Assembly: GCF_001194135.2 (NCBI RefSeq)
Contig: NC_068983.1
Coordinates: 80,538,849 to 80,602,848, forward strand
Length of the DNA stretch: 64,000 nt
Direction of reading: 5' to 3'
Origin: Octopus bimaculoides
Lineage: Eukaryota
A program made the position numbers and the translations under genes. Positions 1-13,105 of the stretch are shown here, one piece after another. Position 1 is the stretch's first letter. The number at the start of each line of letters is the position of its first letter. The notes below the pieces were generated by a model. The model was given only the letters and a program-made list of their open reading frames with translations, ran no database searches and was not told the origin of the DNA.

Positions 1-230
1 AATGTCTTTTCCATGCTTCATGAGTTGGATGGAATTTGTTGAGGCAGATTCCCTGTTAACAGTTGCCCTTTCCCATTGTCAACCTTCACCTGTTTCCAAG
101 TAAGGTAATATTTCCTATGGTCAAATATGTTTTCCATGGAAGACCAGAAATGAGCAACATTGTTTGTATGATGATGATGTTCATTTACAACCATGAAGTT
201 TATGTCAATAAAAGAGTATACACAAACACA
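1..230. repeat. Dispersed SINE-like repeat related to RTE 3' tails (family D); another copy at 55565-55790
   Basis: Shares the run 'gatggaatttgttgagg...ttccc..ttg(t/c)caac..tcacc.gtttc.aag..ag.taatattt' and 'ttcatttaca' with 55590-55760; ends in a (CA)n/(TA)n tract. Confidence 0.55.
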
Positions 231-245
231 CACACACACATGCGC

Positions 246-276
<31 letters not shown>

Positions 277-997
277 NNNNNNNNNNNNNNNNNNNNNNNN
301 NNNNNNNNNNNNNNNNNNNNNNNNNNNNNNNNNNNNNNNNNNNNNNNNNNNNNNNNNNNNNNNNNNNNNNNNNNNNNNNNNNNNNNNNNNNNNNNNNNNN
401 NNNNNNNNNNNNNNNNNNNNNNNNNNNNNNNNNNNNNNNNNNNNNNNNNNNNNNNNNNNNNNNNNNNNNNNNNNNNNNNNNNNNNNNNNNNNNNNNNNNN
501 NNNNNNNNNNNNNNNNNNNNNNNNNNNNNNNNNNNNNNNNNNNNNNNNNNNNNNNNNNNNNNNNNNNNNNNNNNNNNNNNNNNNNNNNNNNNNNNNNNNN
601 NNNNNNNNNNNNNNNNNNNNNNNNNNNNNNNNNNNNNNNNNNNNNNNNNNNNNNNNNNNNNNNNNNNNNNNNNNNNNNNNNNNNNNNNNNNNNNNNNNNN
701 NNNNNNNNNNNNNNNNNNNNNNNNNNNNNNNNNNNNNNNNNNNNNNNNNNNNNNNNNNNNNNNNNNNNNNNNNNNNNNNNNNNNNNNNNNNNNNNNNNNN
801 NNNNNNNNNNNNNNNNNNNNNNNNNNNNNNNNNNNNNNNNNNNNNNNNNNNNNNNNNNNNNNNNNNNNNNNNNNNNNNNNNNNNNNNNNNNNNNNNNNNN
901 NNNNNNNNNNNNNNNNNNNNNNNNNNNNNNNNNNNNNNNNNNNNNNNNNNNNNNNNNNNNNNNNNNNNNNNNNNNNNNNNNNNNNNNNNNNNNNNNN
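277..997. other. Assembly gap (first of ten)
   Basis: N runs at 277-997, 3876-4551, 13476-13627, 29774-30004, 36912-37595, 41322-41530, 47585-48231, 49047-49056, 56314-56507 and 57329-57494; nearly all are bordered by microsatellites. Confidence 0.99.
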
Positions 998-1380
998 TAT
1001 ATATATATATATATTCATACCAGAGGAATGCAAGTGCTACCGCCAGAAAAGGAAGGAGAGAATATGAGCACAACAATAAAGAAGGAAGGGGAGAAAAAGG
1101 AAAAGGAAAAAATGAAATAACTAAAACCAAAACCCCAAACCACCAAACAAAAATCAGAAAACTCAAATATGGAGGCTCCAATGGAATCCGAAACCCTAGA
1201 GGAGAGAAGAAATTTGGAGTGAACTCATGGACTTGTAAATTTTACCTGCAAGGCAAATGTTGGCATGGGGAAGATGGTACAAACTGCAGGTTTGTTCACC
1301 CGAGATCCCGCTAAAATTACAGGGGGGCCTTAAGGAGAAATAATTTCCTGAGGAAAGGCACCAATTGCCTCCAAAAAAAG
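998..1380 (+). pseudogene. LINE ORF1 remnant with CCCH zinc finger
   Basis: CKFYLQGKCWHGEDGTNCRFVHP (C-x7-C-x8-C-x3-H) at 1234-1299 after a K/E/N-rich stretch; a possible second decayed finger (GTNCLQKKH) lies near 1357-1383. Confidence 0.65.
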
Positions 1381-1496
1381 CATACCAATGCAATGCACTC
1401 TTCAGATGTTATGCACAAGACAGCAACTGAACAAGTGTTTTTTTTTTTTGCATGGCACAAAAGATTGTGCAGCAGCTGACCTGTCTACATCAAGTG

Positions 1497-2202
1497 CAAA
1501 CAAAGACCACACAAATATTTTGCTACTAAATATTGGGGGCCTGTTGCATTACAACAACAATAGAAGCAATTTTTTTTTCCTGAGAAACCTTGCTGCATGC
1601 AATCAAGCCCTATGCATAGCACTCGTTGAAACTCATCTGAGCCCTGATATAGAGGATACAGAGGTAAACGTACCAAAATGTACCATATTGCGAACGGACA
1701 GAATGAAAGAAACCATGGTGGAGTTGCTGTATACACCCATGAAGATCTCACACCCCAGCTCTTACTGTTATACTCATATTCAGTATGTGACACTCTAATT
1801 GTATACATAAGACAACACAATATAGTCATATGCAATACATATCACCCACCAGATGCTTCAAGCCACATAGGCAAGTTTGAAGATTGCCTCACAAGAATTA
1901 AAGAAATCCTCATCAAACTGGAACACCATGTGAGCGTATTTCTTATGGCTGATTTCAACTTCCCCAATGTCAAATGGCCTGAAGGCTCCATGCTCTCAGG
2001 AATGACTCATTGCAAACAAGTACAGGTGGAGTCTCTGCTCAATCTCACCAATGCTCTATTCATGGAGCAAGTTGTACTCAAATCAACTAGGGTGAATAAC
2101 ATTTTGGATCTTGGCTTCACAAACAATATGAACATCGTTCATGAGGTGAAAATGACACCGACATTAGTTTTGGATCACAAAATAATAGAGCTGTCTAGGT
2201 AG
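1497..2202 (+). pseudogene. LINE ORF2 apurinic-like endonuclease domain (frameshifted)
   Basis: Motifs LLNIGGL, ALVETHL, RNHGGVAVY, NTYHPPD, MADFNFPNVKW, NILDLGFTN, DHKII across ORFs 1388-1798 and 1678-2202. Confidence 0.92.
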
Positions 2203-2351
2203 GGAACAAAAGTAGCCAGAGACATACTGCCTAAAGGAAGCACCCAAAATCTCTCCAATCTGAACTTCCACAAAGCAGACTGGAAATCGATCCAAAAAGA
2301 GATCCTCAGACAGGACTGACCGAAATGTCACTCCACATCTGACATTGGCTC

Positions 2352-3751
2352 TTAAACCAGTCTGTCATCCCAGTTTTCAAACAGGGAAACAGATCCCTCA
2401 CAGTCAACTATCGCCCAATCTCACTCATCTCCCACATCATTAAAGTGTTTGAAAGAGTGGTAAGATCAAGGATAGCTAGCTTCCTGGAGATCCACAAACT
2501 TCTAAATGCAAATCAGCATGGCTTTCGCTGTGGCAGGGACTGTCTAACACAGCTCTTACACCACATTGAGGATATACTTAAAGCTTTGGGAACAGGTTCG
2601 AACTCTGATGTCATATATCTTGACTTCAGTAAAGCATTCAACAGGGTTGACCATAATATCTTACTCACAAAATTAGCAATCCGTGGAAACCTTCTACACT
2701 GTATTGAGTATTTCCTGGCGAATAGAACACAACGTGTTGTGGTTGATGGAGTCCACTCAACCCCAGCAAAAGTCACCAGTGATGTCCCTCAGGGGACTGT
2801 CTTGGACCCGCTCCTCTTTATAATCTACATAAATGACCTTTCCAGCGTCGTAAATCACTGCAAAAGGAAAATATTTGCTGATGACACTAAGCTCCAGCAA
2901 ATCATCAGTGAAGAAGACTGAACTCAACTCCAGTCTGATCTATATGCGGTGAGTCAGTGGGCAGACAAAAACAAAATGCAACTAAACGAGAGAAAATTTG
3001 AGCTGATGCATTTTGGAAGAAAGACTATATACTAAAACAGCCACAGTCTCTTACTCCAGGGGAACCGCTCAAAGCATCTAATAATATCAAAGACCTAGGA
3101 GTAATTGTTGACAACAATCTCAGTTGGAGTGCCCACATCAACAATAAGGTCAATATAGCTTGTAGGATGAGCTCCTGGATCTTAAGAACCTTCTGATCCA
3201 GAAAACAAGGTGTCATCATTCCACTTTTCTCCTCCTTTGTACAGCCATACCTCAAATACTGCTGCCCCCTGTGGTCTCCCCATACAAAACAAAACATCTT
3301 GAAAATTTAATCACCCCAGAGGGCACTCACTAAAAGAATTAAGGGCATGACTTATCTCGATTACTGGGACTGCTTTAAAGCCTTGAAACTCTACTCTTTC
3401 CAGCGCTGCTGCAAGCGAGACATCATTTGCATGATGTGGAGCATATACTGCCAGCATTACCCAAACGACCTGAACATTATCTTCGAGATTCCTCCAAGGC
3501 TGAGACCATGGGCCATACGTCCCCTGCCCAATTCAGGACTACAACATATAGGTACACTGCGACACAATTTCTTTTCCTCAACAGGGCCTGCACTGTTTAA
3601 CATTGTCCCAAAACTGAACAAAGAGGAAAAGGATCTCATCACCTTTAAATGGAGTCTGGACAACTTTCTTCAAGGAATACCAGATAAGCCGCCCATACCT
3701 GGATACAACTCACTCAACAAGAACTCACTACTTGACTTAAGAAGGATCTAG
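2352..3751 (+). pseudogene. LINE ORF2 reverse transcriptase and C-terminal region (disrupted)
   Basis: NYRPISL, KVFERVV, QHGFRCGRDCLTQLL, YLDFSKAFNRVDH, VPQGTVLDPLLFIIYINDL, FADDTKL, DLGVIVD, and C-terminal LDNFLQGIPDKP...NKNSLLD. Confidence 0.95.
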
Positions 3752-3842
3752 ATAATCCTATTAGGTGGCTATTAAATTAGACATGGCCTGGACCAATCTT
3801 TGGTCATAGCATATCTAAGTTTCATCCAAGTTTTATATATTC

Positions 3843-3875
<33 letters not shown>

Positions 3876-4551
3876 NNNNNNNNNNNNNNNNNNNNNNNNN
3901 NNNNNNNNNNNNNNNNNNNNNNNNNNNNNNNNNNNNNNNNNNNNNNNNNNNNNNNNNNNNNNNNNNNNNNNNNNNNNNNNNNNNNNNNNNNNNNNNNNNN
4001 NNNNNNNNNNNNNNNNNNNNNNNNNNNNNNNNNNNNNNNNNNNNNNNNNNNNNNNNNNNNNNNNNNNNNNNNNNNNNNNNNNNNNNNNNNNNNNNNNNNN
4101 NNNNNNNNNNNNNNNNNNNNNNNNNNNNNNNNNNNNNNNNNNNNNNNNNNNNNNNNNNNNNNNNNNNNNNNNNNNNNNNNNNNNNNNNNNNNNNNNNNNN
4201 NNNNNNNNNNNNNNNNNNNNNNNNNNNNNNNNNNNNNNNNNNNNNNNNNNNNNNNNNNNNNNNNNNNNNNNNNNNNNNNNNNNNNNNNNNNNNNNNNNNN
4301 NNNNNNNNNNNNNNNNNNNNNNNNNNNNNNNNNNNNNNNNNNNNNNNNNNNNNNNNNNNNNNNNNNNNNNNNNNNNNNNNNNNNNNNNNNNNNNNNNNNN
4401 NNNNNNNNNNNNNNNNNNNNNNNNNNNNNNNNNNNNNNNNNNNNNNNNNNNNNNNNNNNNNNNNNNNNNNNNNNNNNNNNNNNNNNNNNNNNNNNNNNNN
4501 NNNNNNNNNNNNNNNNNNNNNNNNNNNNNNNNNNNNNNNNNNNNNNNNNNN

Positions 4552-4589
<38 letters not shown>

Positions 4590-4859
4590 TTTTTTGTTGG
4601 CTGGAAAATACTCCTTAATTGACAAAAGCTTCACAAACTTGTCAGTTGAATTTAAAGATTCATTGAAATTCTGAACTATCATGAATAATCCTAGACTTTG
4701 TAAAATAATACAACCTAAAGTAGACATTGCATTATGCTTTGGACATAGAATAGTGTCATTGAGTTTCATAGTAGGAAGAGTAGAATTGTGTTTTGAGCCT
4801 CTTGTTATGAAAATGTATTGTACCCATTATTTGTTTCAAATTTTGGTACATGGGTAACA

Positions 4860-5030
4860 GTTTTGAGAGAGGGGGTAAGTTGATTACATCGATCCCAGTG
4901 TTCAACTGGTACTTATTTTATTGACCCTGAAAGGATAAAAGGTTAAGTCGACCTTGGTGCAATTTGAACACAAAACACATCGACGGATGAAATGTTGCTA
5001 AGCATTTTGCCTGGAGTGCTAACAATTCTG
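4860..5030 (-). mobile_element. tRNA-derived SINE, family B (Nin/Deu-like central domain)
   Basis: On the + strand reads 'cgatcccagtg..caactggtacttatttta ttgaccctgaaagga.aaaagg..aagtcgacc..ggtg.aatttgaac'; homologous copies at 15865, 16097 and 48775. Confidence 0.75.
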
Positions 5031-5336
5031 AAAAATATTATTGAAAAATATATATAACCAAAGGTTATATTTGCAAACATTACTTTTATACATATGTACA
5101 TGTGTACGTATTTAGTTATGTATAGTGATTGAACAGAAGCAAACATAGTATGCTAAGTAAATAGTGAGGAGAGACAGCCTTACATGTTTTTGTCCAAATT
5201 CCATTCATGAATTCTACTTTCCTTCATTTATGAGTTAGTAGCAAAACTACCAATGATATAGTGGTATAAAGTTAGTTATACCACTTCTCCAGAGAAATAA
5301 TAAGCTTCTATTTATGAAAATAAATTGTAGATAGAT

Positions 5337-5648
5337 TCATTGATTTGTTTCAGTCATTTGACTGTGGTCAAGCTGGAGCACTGCCTTTAGTCAAACAAAT
5401 CGACCCCAGGACTTATTCTTTGTAAGCCTAGTACTTATTCTATTGGTTGCTTTTGACAAATCACTAAGTTACAGGGATATAAATACACCAGCATTGGTTG
5501 TCAAGCGATGGTCGAGAGACAAACACAGATACATAAACACACACACACACACACACACACATGATGAGCTTCTTTCAGTTTCCATCTACCAAATCCATTC
5601 ACAAGGCTTTGGTCAGCCTGAGGCTATACTAAAAGACATTTGCCAGTC
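5337..5648 (-). mobile_element. tRNA-derived SINE, family A (octopus OK/OR-like), head truncated, internal (CA)n
   Basis: Matches the full-length copy at 36039-36425 in reverse. Confidence 0.85.
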
Positions 5649-7967
5649 AAATTGTTTATATTTTAAATCTAATCACAATAATATAATTTTTTCCTGCATA
5701 TTGGCATAATGACTTTCCTTAGACACAACAAAATCGTTTTTCCTGTATATGATAATTATTTTTTATTTAGTTCAGTACTAAAAAGGATAAATGGTCTCTG
5801 TTTATCCTACTATACTAATTTGAGTGACTTCTAACAGTGGTCCATTTGTAAACATTATTTTGTAATTGTCAAACAATATTTTATAATGCAATTTTAATGA
5901 TGACAAAAAAATCATTAATCTCAGTTCTGATCATTGTACATGTGGTTAATAATTATGAAGAAAGCTTTTTATTTTCATTTACCATTTAGAGAACATATAT
6001 GGGGTCCACTTTTATTATAAACAGTCAAATTATTGTAGTAAAAATATCTGTAAAGTATTTTCTCTAATATCCAAATTTGTAAAGCTTGTTACCCATTCAT
6101 ATTCATAAAAGTAGATAGAAAACAGTAAAAATAACTATAGAAAAGAAGTTAGAGATGTCTAAGTATAACATTTCTATAATCCTATATGTATTTTATATAC
6201 ATTTTACTATAAACTAATCCCAACATAAGTGCTAATCTGAAGTAAAGAATATTTCCTGAGAAAAGTGCATTTTATTTTCAAAAATAGTTTTGATAAATAG
6301 CATCTTTTTTCAAAGATAATAATAAAATATCTTAGCTTTATTTGAGATGATCTGATTGTTTTTATTGTTCTCAGTATTATTGATTGCTTTTACTCTATAC
6401 CTTTTTGATATCTTTTTATATTATGATCAATAATAATAATTGTTGAAATCAATATATATATCAATTGATTTCACAGATTCATATCTTGAAGCATATCTTG
6501 TTAGTTATACTAAACAATAAAATGTTTATAAATGTAGTGTATTTGAATGATTTGTAACTTAATCTAAAATTATTATTATTCTAATAATTTCTTATTGTGA
6601 GATTTTGCTCACAAATTTTGGAGATTTACTAGCATGTTATATATTCTTTGGTCTTTACTGAGTTAGAAGAATATATTATACATATCAATTAACAGCTCAC
6701 TTTTTCACTTCAAAAAGAACATGGGATTTTTCAGAGTTTCTCAGATTGAATGTACTAAGAATGCTTTACTCTGGAGTTTTAGGGTGGAATGTTTCAAACA
6801 CTTTGTCCAAATGTCCAAACATTCTAATAATTACAAATATCAATTATGATATGGCTGAATTTCACAAAATCTACAAAGATCTTAACATTTATCAAGCTGC
6901 CTGTTTTCTGACTATTTTTCAAAAATAGATTTAAAATCCCAAATCAAAGACTACCAGATATATTATATAATAATTGGAAGCTTTAATATCCATTATTTAA
7001 TCAATTTTACCAATTTTTATAGTTAATCCATTTATTTTTCTATTTCATTGATTTCTTGATTCTAAAATTCCAATTTTTCCAAATTTTTATTTTATATATG
7101 TTAGAAGAGATAAACTATAGCTCTTTGTGGATGAAAATGGAATTGAAAAGAGAGAGGTGAAAGTGCATGAAATTGATTATATAGTTATTCCATTGTGTTA
7201 TACCAGCTGTAGTGATTTATGAAATAGTAAACAAAAGATGATTACTGTTACAGATATGCTAGCTAGATGATGATTTTGTGATCTTATTGCAATTTTTTTT
7301 TATTATTTCATTTGCCAAACAGCTAAAGATTTGGAGAATGGATTTACTTTAGATATTTTCATTCTGTTCTTTGGAAATATTTTTTAATCAGATAAATGCA
7401 ATAAAGTACTGAAGATTAAAACCTATATTTATAGATAGAAATTCAATACTCTGAATGCTTAAGACTATTGATATTCTTCTAGTTATTCTAAGAAAAAATT
7501 CATCACAAATGGCAATGCTCATTTTGAATACTTAAAATATCACTTTTATTGTTATTGTTGCTATTGTTGTTAAAAATTTCTTGAGCTATTATGCATAACT
7601 TTTTGTTTATTTCATAATACAAAGAACATGAAATATGGTAGCTTTGAAGTTATGAAGATTATTTGGTTTTACCTCAGCTTGAATTGTTGAAAAATCATTG
7701 AAATAAAGAGATATACAATAAGAATCTGGGCCAGACGGCATCATTTAAGTTAGTAGTCAACTCAGATTCTAAAGTACTACATGGTACTTGACAAGAAACA
7801 GCAGCTGTATTTTAATGTTGCATGCATAACATTTTAAATTTCACTTCTGGCTGTATAAACATTTTATCCCATTTTTAACTTTTTCTCTTGGTGTCAGTTA
7901 TATTGCAGTGTTTATGTGTCCCATAAAGGTGAGGGTGGGCATGTGCACACGCATACACACAGAATAT

Positions 7968-8007
7968 TTATGAGTGGATTTGGTAGATAGAAACTGAAAG
8001 AAGCCCG

Positions 8008-8097
<90 letters not shown>

Positions 8098-8324
8098 GTA
8101 TGTGTGTGTGTATGTTTGTGTCCGTGTTTGTCCCCCCAGCATTGCTTGACAACCGATGCTGGTGTGTTTACGTCCCCGTAACTTAGCGGTTCAGCAAAAG
8201 AGACCGATATAATAAGTACTGGGCTTACAAAGAATAAGTCCTGGGGTCGATTTGCTCGACTAAAGGCAGTGCTCCAGCATGGCTGCAGTCAAATGACTGA
8301 AACAAATAAAAGAGTAAAAGAGTA
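7968..8324 (+). mobile_element. SINE family A, 5'-truncated, long internal (TA)n
   Basis: 'gagtggatttggtaga..gaaactgaaagaagcccgtc'-(TA)n-'gtttgtcccccc...gctccagcatggc.gcagtcaaatgactgaaac'. Confidence 0.88.
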
Positions 8325-8654
8325 TGTAAATTTGTGCCTCACATGCCACATGTGTTGATTGTAGTGTGTGAGGTACAAAAATAAGTCATCACAAATTTAT
8401 CTGCAAATACTATGTGCTTGTTTGTTTAACTTAACTCTATGAGACACAGAAACACTTGAAAATGGCTGATATCATAAGAAAAGGCTAAAACAAGGCAAAT
8501 TCCATATCATCTGCATTTAAACTTCGACTGACTGCATCAGCCTTATAAGTCAAAGAAAAATAAATTGAGTAAATCTAAAATTATTCTATTTCTATCTGTG
8601 TCTCTCTCTATATTTAAAACTATGTTTGCTTACTTGTTTGTTTTTCTCTTCTCT

Positions 8655-8656
8655 TA

Positions 8657-8712
<56 letters not shown>
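8655..8712. repeat. (TC)n microsatellite
   Basis: Direct inspection. Confidence 0.95.
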
Positions 8713-8714
<2 letters not shown>

Positions 8715-9247
8715 CTTTATTTGATTTAGAATGAGAAAAGTAACTCGAATATATTACTTTGAAATAACAATTAATTAACTGCTGCTCTATACTGATGGAG
8801 CATAAAAATGTAGAAACAGTCCATTTGTTGATATAGATGCAGAAGAAATATGAAATATTAAGTATATTTAAATTTAAGTGTATAAACACACATAACATGA
8901 TGAGTAATTTAAAAAAAAAACTGAAAAAAAAACATTTTGCTGTTTACTTCTCTTTCTTCCATGAAAAATGGACAACCAATCAACAAATTGCCTTTAGCTT
9001 AAATTTTACTTCATACATGTCAAACACATTTTATCTTTTTGTGGATAAAATGAAACACTTCATGAATTGTAATATTTGTTATATTTAATGAAAAATCACA
9101 GTTTAGAAATTTAGTTGTTAATGTGTTTAACTATTTAATACAATTTCACTATTAGCCTATATTGTCAGCCTTACTATATCTCAATAATTATAACAATGTT
9201 GCATGGTATCAATGTCAATACAATCTTAAAACTAGATTGATACAGAC

Positions 9248-9621
9248 TTATTACCTCCTCCTTAGCGAAGGCGGAGGTATTGTTTTCAGTATTGTTTCAG
9301 CTTGTTTGTTTGTTTGTCCGTGGACAAGATATCTCAAGAACTGCTGGATGGATTCGAATGAAACTTTCAGGGATGTTTGGCCTCGTGACTGGCATGAACT
9401 GATTAGATTTTAGGATCGATCGAGTACTGGACAAGGATTCTGGATTATTTTTCTGGTTATTTTACTTAGAGCAGTCAGGTTCATTTTTAGTATTCTCATT
9501 TGAGAGAGCAGTTGAGTTTAATCCAGATATTCTCATTTTAAAAATCATCTTGGCTAATCGTTGAAAGGACGTTGGTGTTGCCTTGGTAAAGGTTTACACT
9601 CTCTGAGAGCTCTTGTTCTAA
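9248..9621 (+). mobile_element. Non-autonomous Helentron-associated element (HINE/DINE-1-like)
   Basis: 5' TTATT-ACCTCCTCCTT..AAGGCGGAGGT hairpin, (GTTT)n microsatellite, 3' subterminal inverted copy CCTTGGTAAAGGT (9581-9593) and a short terminal stem-loop near the end. Confidence 0.7.
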
Positions 9622-12054
9622 TATAATATTCATTAGGAACAATTTTCTGTGTAAGCCATATCGTGTGGAAACTAATATGATAAAAATGTAACTGAATACA
9701 AACTTCTTTGATACTAGGATGATTTTATAATTAAAACTACAAACTAAATTTATATACTTTTATTATAATTTTAGTCAATTTAAAAACTTCAAAATACTTT
9801 AACCATTTCCAAGTCCTAAATATGATGTTACCGTTATCCTCATGTCTCATTTATAAAATTATTGCAATCAGTTAAAAGCCAAATTCTTTGAAAATATTTG
9901 ACTTAGATTCTCAGCTATGTTTGAACATTTATTACATTTATCTATCAAATACTCATCACCCACACTTTACAGAATTCCTATTAAGCTCTTTGTAATTTTG
10001 TATCACCACTTCAATCCAAAAGCTATATAGGGCTCTAGATTTTAATCTTATTGTAAGTAACAAAGAAATCTATGGAAAAAAATAGTTTATTAATTCTAGC
10101 ACAGCCCTCAAATAATTCTTTGAAATACAGTACATATGTATTTCTGTGTCTGCTATATAAAATGTGCTTTTACATAGGAGTTTTCTGTTTCTTTATGTTA
10201 TTCATATGGCTTGAGCAAACCACTTGATAATTCCTTAATTAAATTAATTTTAAAGCTATTTTAATCTACTAGCTTATCTCTGCTTTGCAACAATGTGAAA
10301 ATATAGGTGGCAAATTTACTTTTCATTTGTCAATTCAAACTTTAATTTGACAGCATTCCATTATCTATAGCTTGGCAAGCACTAAAGAGACTAGAGCAGA
10401 TACTAGTTTTTGAAAGTGGTTTGATACACTGGAATATCATAAACAAAAGTTATGGAAATTAATTCTGTTAGCAGTTTAGTATACAAGTGTTTATCTAGGA
10501 CTTTTTTGTATTGCACTTCTCAAGGTAATCACATAGGAATTCAAAACTGAATGTTCTAAGAAGCTATTATAGGTTGATTAATGTAGAAACTTTTAATGAA
10601 CTAATAAAGGTATGTCAATTGAAAAAAAAGAATAATCATGCTTCCCACTTTCTCCCCTGTAAGTATTTCAGAAATAAACTGGGCAGTGCAGAAAGCACAA
10701 AATTCCCAGACTGTTGTATTGTATTTCACCCAAAATAACGATCAGTCCCTATATGTTGGAATTTACAATATAGTTTATGGAGATGTAGACGTATAATATA
10801 TGTAGAACAATATATTTATGGGTTGTACCTAGTTATTTGGCCCAACAACTTTTTGTTGTGTATATTTCCTTGTTTTAATGACTTACATTTCACTGTTATT
10901 TCTTTTATTTCTTTTATGTTTCAGCCTTGAGGCTGTGGCCCTGCTGGGGCAAATTAAAATTTTTTTTTATTTATTTGGAGTAGAAACATAAAACGCATAT
11001 ATTTAAATTTTTAGGAAGTAATGGTAAAACTTACTATAAAAATAAAGGTCTATGACAATTTTATGCAAATTATTCAAAAGAAAAATCATTAATTCTTTTA
11101 ATTAATTAATCAAAATAAGTTCATCTAGTCATAGTTTTCCCATATTCCTCATCTTATATTTCTAGCTTTCTACAATATTTCTGTGAATATTACAGGAAAC
11201 TAGATGAATTTATTTTGATTAATTATTATAATTAATAATTTCTTAAAAAATTATTTGTCGGAAATAGTCAATATTTAGTCATGAAGTATATTGTGTAATT
11301 TATATTAAAACTTTATAATGTCTACCAAAGCATGTAATATGCTGTTTGTATTGAATTTGGAGGATAAATAGTTATTGATAGAAAAAACAGTTGACTTCTA
11401 TAGAATATATGCTAATATGTTTTCTCATTTTAATTACAAAGAATTGAATACTTTCCACTTTAATTTATATCTATAAATTGTTTTATGATGACTTTATTGT
11501 ACTCTATAGTCCATTCTGTAATATTATTAACATTTTATGCTGATATGCTTTAGAAATTATTAATTTGGTATCCATCTTGCTCTCAAATTTCGTATTTTTT
11601 TCTTAAAACTCGGAATAAATTTTCTTTGTCTATGATCTTTTAAAAATTTGTGTGTATACTTGCTCAATCATACTTAAATGCATAGTTGCTTGTTACTGTA
11701 TTATGTCAGTTTTTTTATATCTGTAGGGGTTGGATGATCATTACAAATTTAGATATTCTCAAACTAATGGAAAAAGTGATTTTTTTTCACAGCTACATAT
11801 TTTATTCTCTTGTTTACCTCTCAATTATTCAGTTGTTAAGTAGAAATAGTAGATGTAGTCATGCAAGTAATAAGATTACTCACACAAATCTAACAAACAT
11901 ACAAGCACATGCATGTGTGCATGCACACAGACAGAGAGAGAGAGACACACACACGGAGTATGTGGTAATATTTCTTGGTTCAGTAAATGTCAACTTCCTT
12001 CCTATTCTTTGTACTACTACTCATGTGAAAAAACTGATTTTCCTGTTTATGTAT

Positions 12055-12172
12055 ATCATCATCATCATTTAACGTCCGTTTTCCATACTGGCATGGGTTG
12101 GAAGGTTTGACTGAAAACTGGTAAACTGGGGAGCTACACCAGGTTCCAATCTGATTTTGCATGGTTTCTAGA
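12055..12172 (-). repeat. RTE 3'-tail fragment with (GAT)n end
   Basis: (CAT)n-TTTAACGTCCGTTTTCCAT.CTGGCATGGGTTG, as at the 3' end of the RTE at 49145; a smaller piece lies at 13688-13745. Confidence 0.75.
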
Positions 12173-12844
12173 GTGTAGGAAGGGCATGTGTGTAAAAATT
12201 TTTATATCTGTATGTGTATAAACACACACACACACACACTTTCAATAATAAGGCATATAAGCTCACTATAATTAGTCTTAGTGAAATATTTGTCCCAAAG
12301 TGCTTTACAAATATTCATAAAAATGGGGTTGCAACACAAGTCAATAAAGTGAAAGAATATATAAGAAATACACAAGATCTTACCTCATAGCAATATTTTC
12401 ACAATAGAACATATCCTTTTGAGAACTATATCTCTTATCAGGTAATGTTAAAAGGTATAATGTCTCTGTAATCAGCAATCACATGGGTTGAATATAAGAT
12501 TTCCCTTGGGCAGACATATGAGCTGAAAAATAGATATCCAACTAAATGAGAAACTACTGTAAAATGTTCAATATGATCGCTTCTTAGGAGCATACATACA
12601 TTTGTATAAGTGTGGGGTTGTGGCATGTAAAAAGTAAAGTTCTCAAGGATAACAAACTTCATGAAAATCAAATACAATATGACAAAGGGAATAAGTAAGA
12701 ACTCATTGAGTCTCTAGATTGTTTCAGTATTTTCTTTCTTGTTAATGTAGGGATCTAATAAATTGTCTCCTTATTAACAATAGACATGAATTGTACAGTG
12801 CTGGTCAGTTACAACAATGAATATTTCAGTTGGCTCAATCAACA

Positions 12845-13105
12845 GAACAGTCCATTCATGAAATTAATGTGCAAGATGCTGAGCACTCCACAGATGTGTA
12901 ACTTCAATATAGTTCTCAGGAAGATTTGGCACGACACATTGAATGCGGCAAGGCTGGCCCATTGAATTACAGGTACAACTCATTTTTGCCAGCTGAGATG
13001 ACCAGAGCAATGTGAAATAAAATGTCTTATTCAAGGATACAATGTGCCACCCGGGAAGTGAAATCATGACCTTACAATTACGAGCCAAATACACTAACTA
13101 CTTAG
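12845..13105 (-). mobile_element. tRNA-derived SINE, family C (MetaSINE-like body)
   Basis: Reverse-strand homology to 45600-45988 (gagcactccacaga, gtagttctc, aaggctggccc.ttgaattacagg) and 35385-35720 (gagcaatgtgaaataaa.tgtctt). Confidence 0.75.

Larger units (their letters stand above)
998..3832 (+). mobile_element. CR1/Jockey-group non-LTR retrotransposon (LINE), decayed, internally deleted, 5' end lost in the gap
   Basis: ORF1 remnant, APE endonuclease, RT and C-terminal region are in colinear order, followed by a short 3' UTR ending 'tctaagtttcatccaagttt'; multiple stops and frameshifts. Confidence 0.93.

Noticed and set aside
18-1314. Long ORFs in the ORF track that span gaps (also at 3800-4769, 13320-13929, 29557-30330, 36843-37656, 41114-41707, 47515-48436, 56116-56625, 57296-57643)
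   Set aside because: They are open only because N runs and flanking microsatellites contain no stop codons.
1388-3751. Functional LINE ORF2
   Set aside because: Multiple frameshifts and stops plus a large internal deletion.
6746-6928. Short AT-rich ORFs (for example 6746-6928, 8837-9088, 24470-24742, 44766-45002, 54035-54343)
   Set aside because: Residue composition is that of random AT-rich DNA, with no recognisable motif or supporting splice sites.
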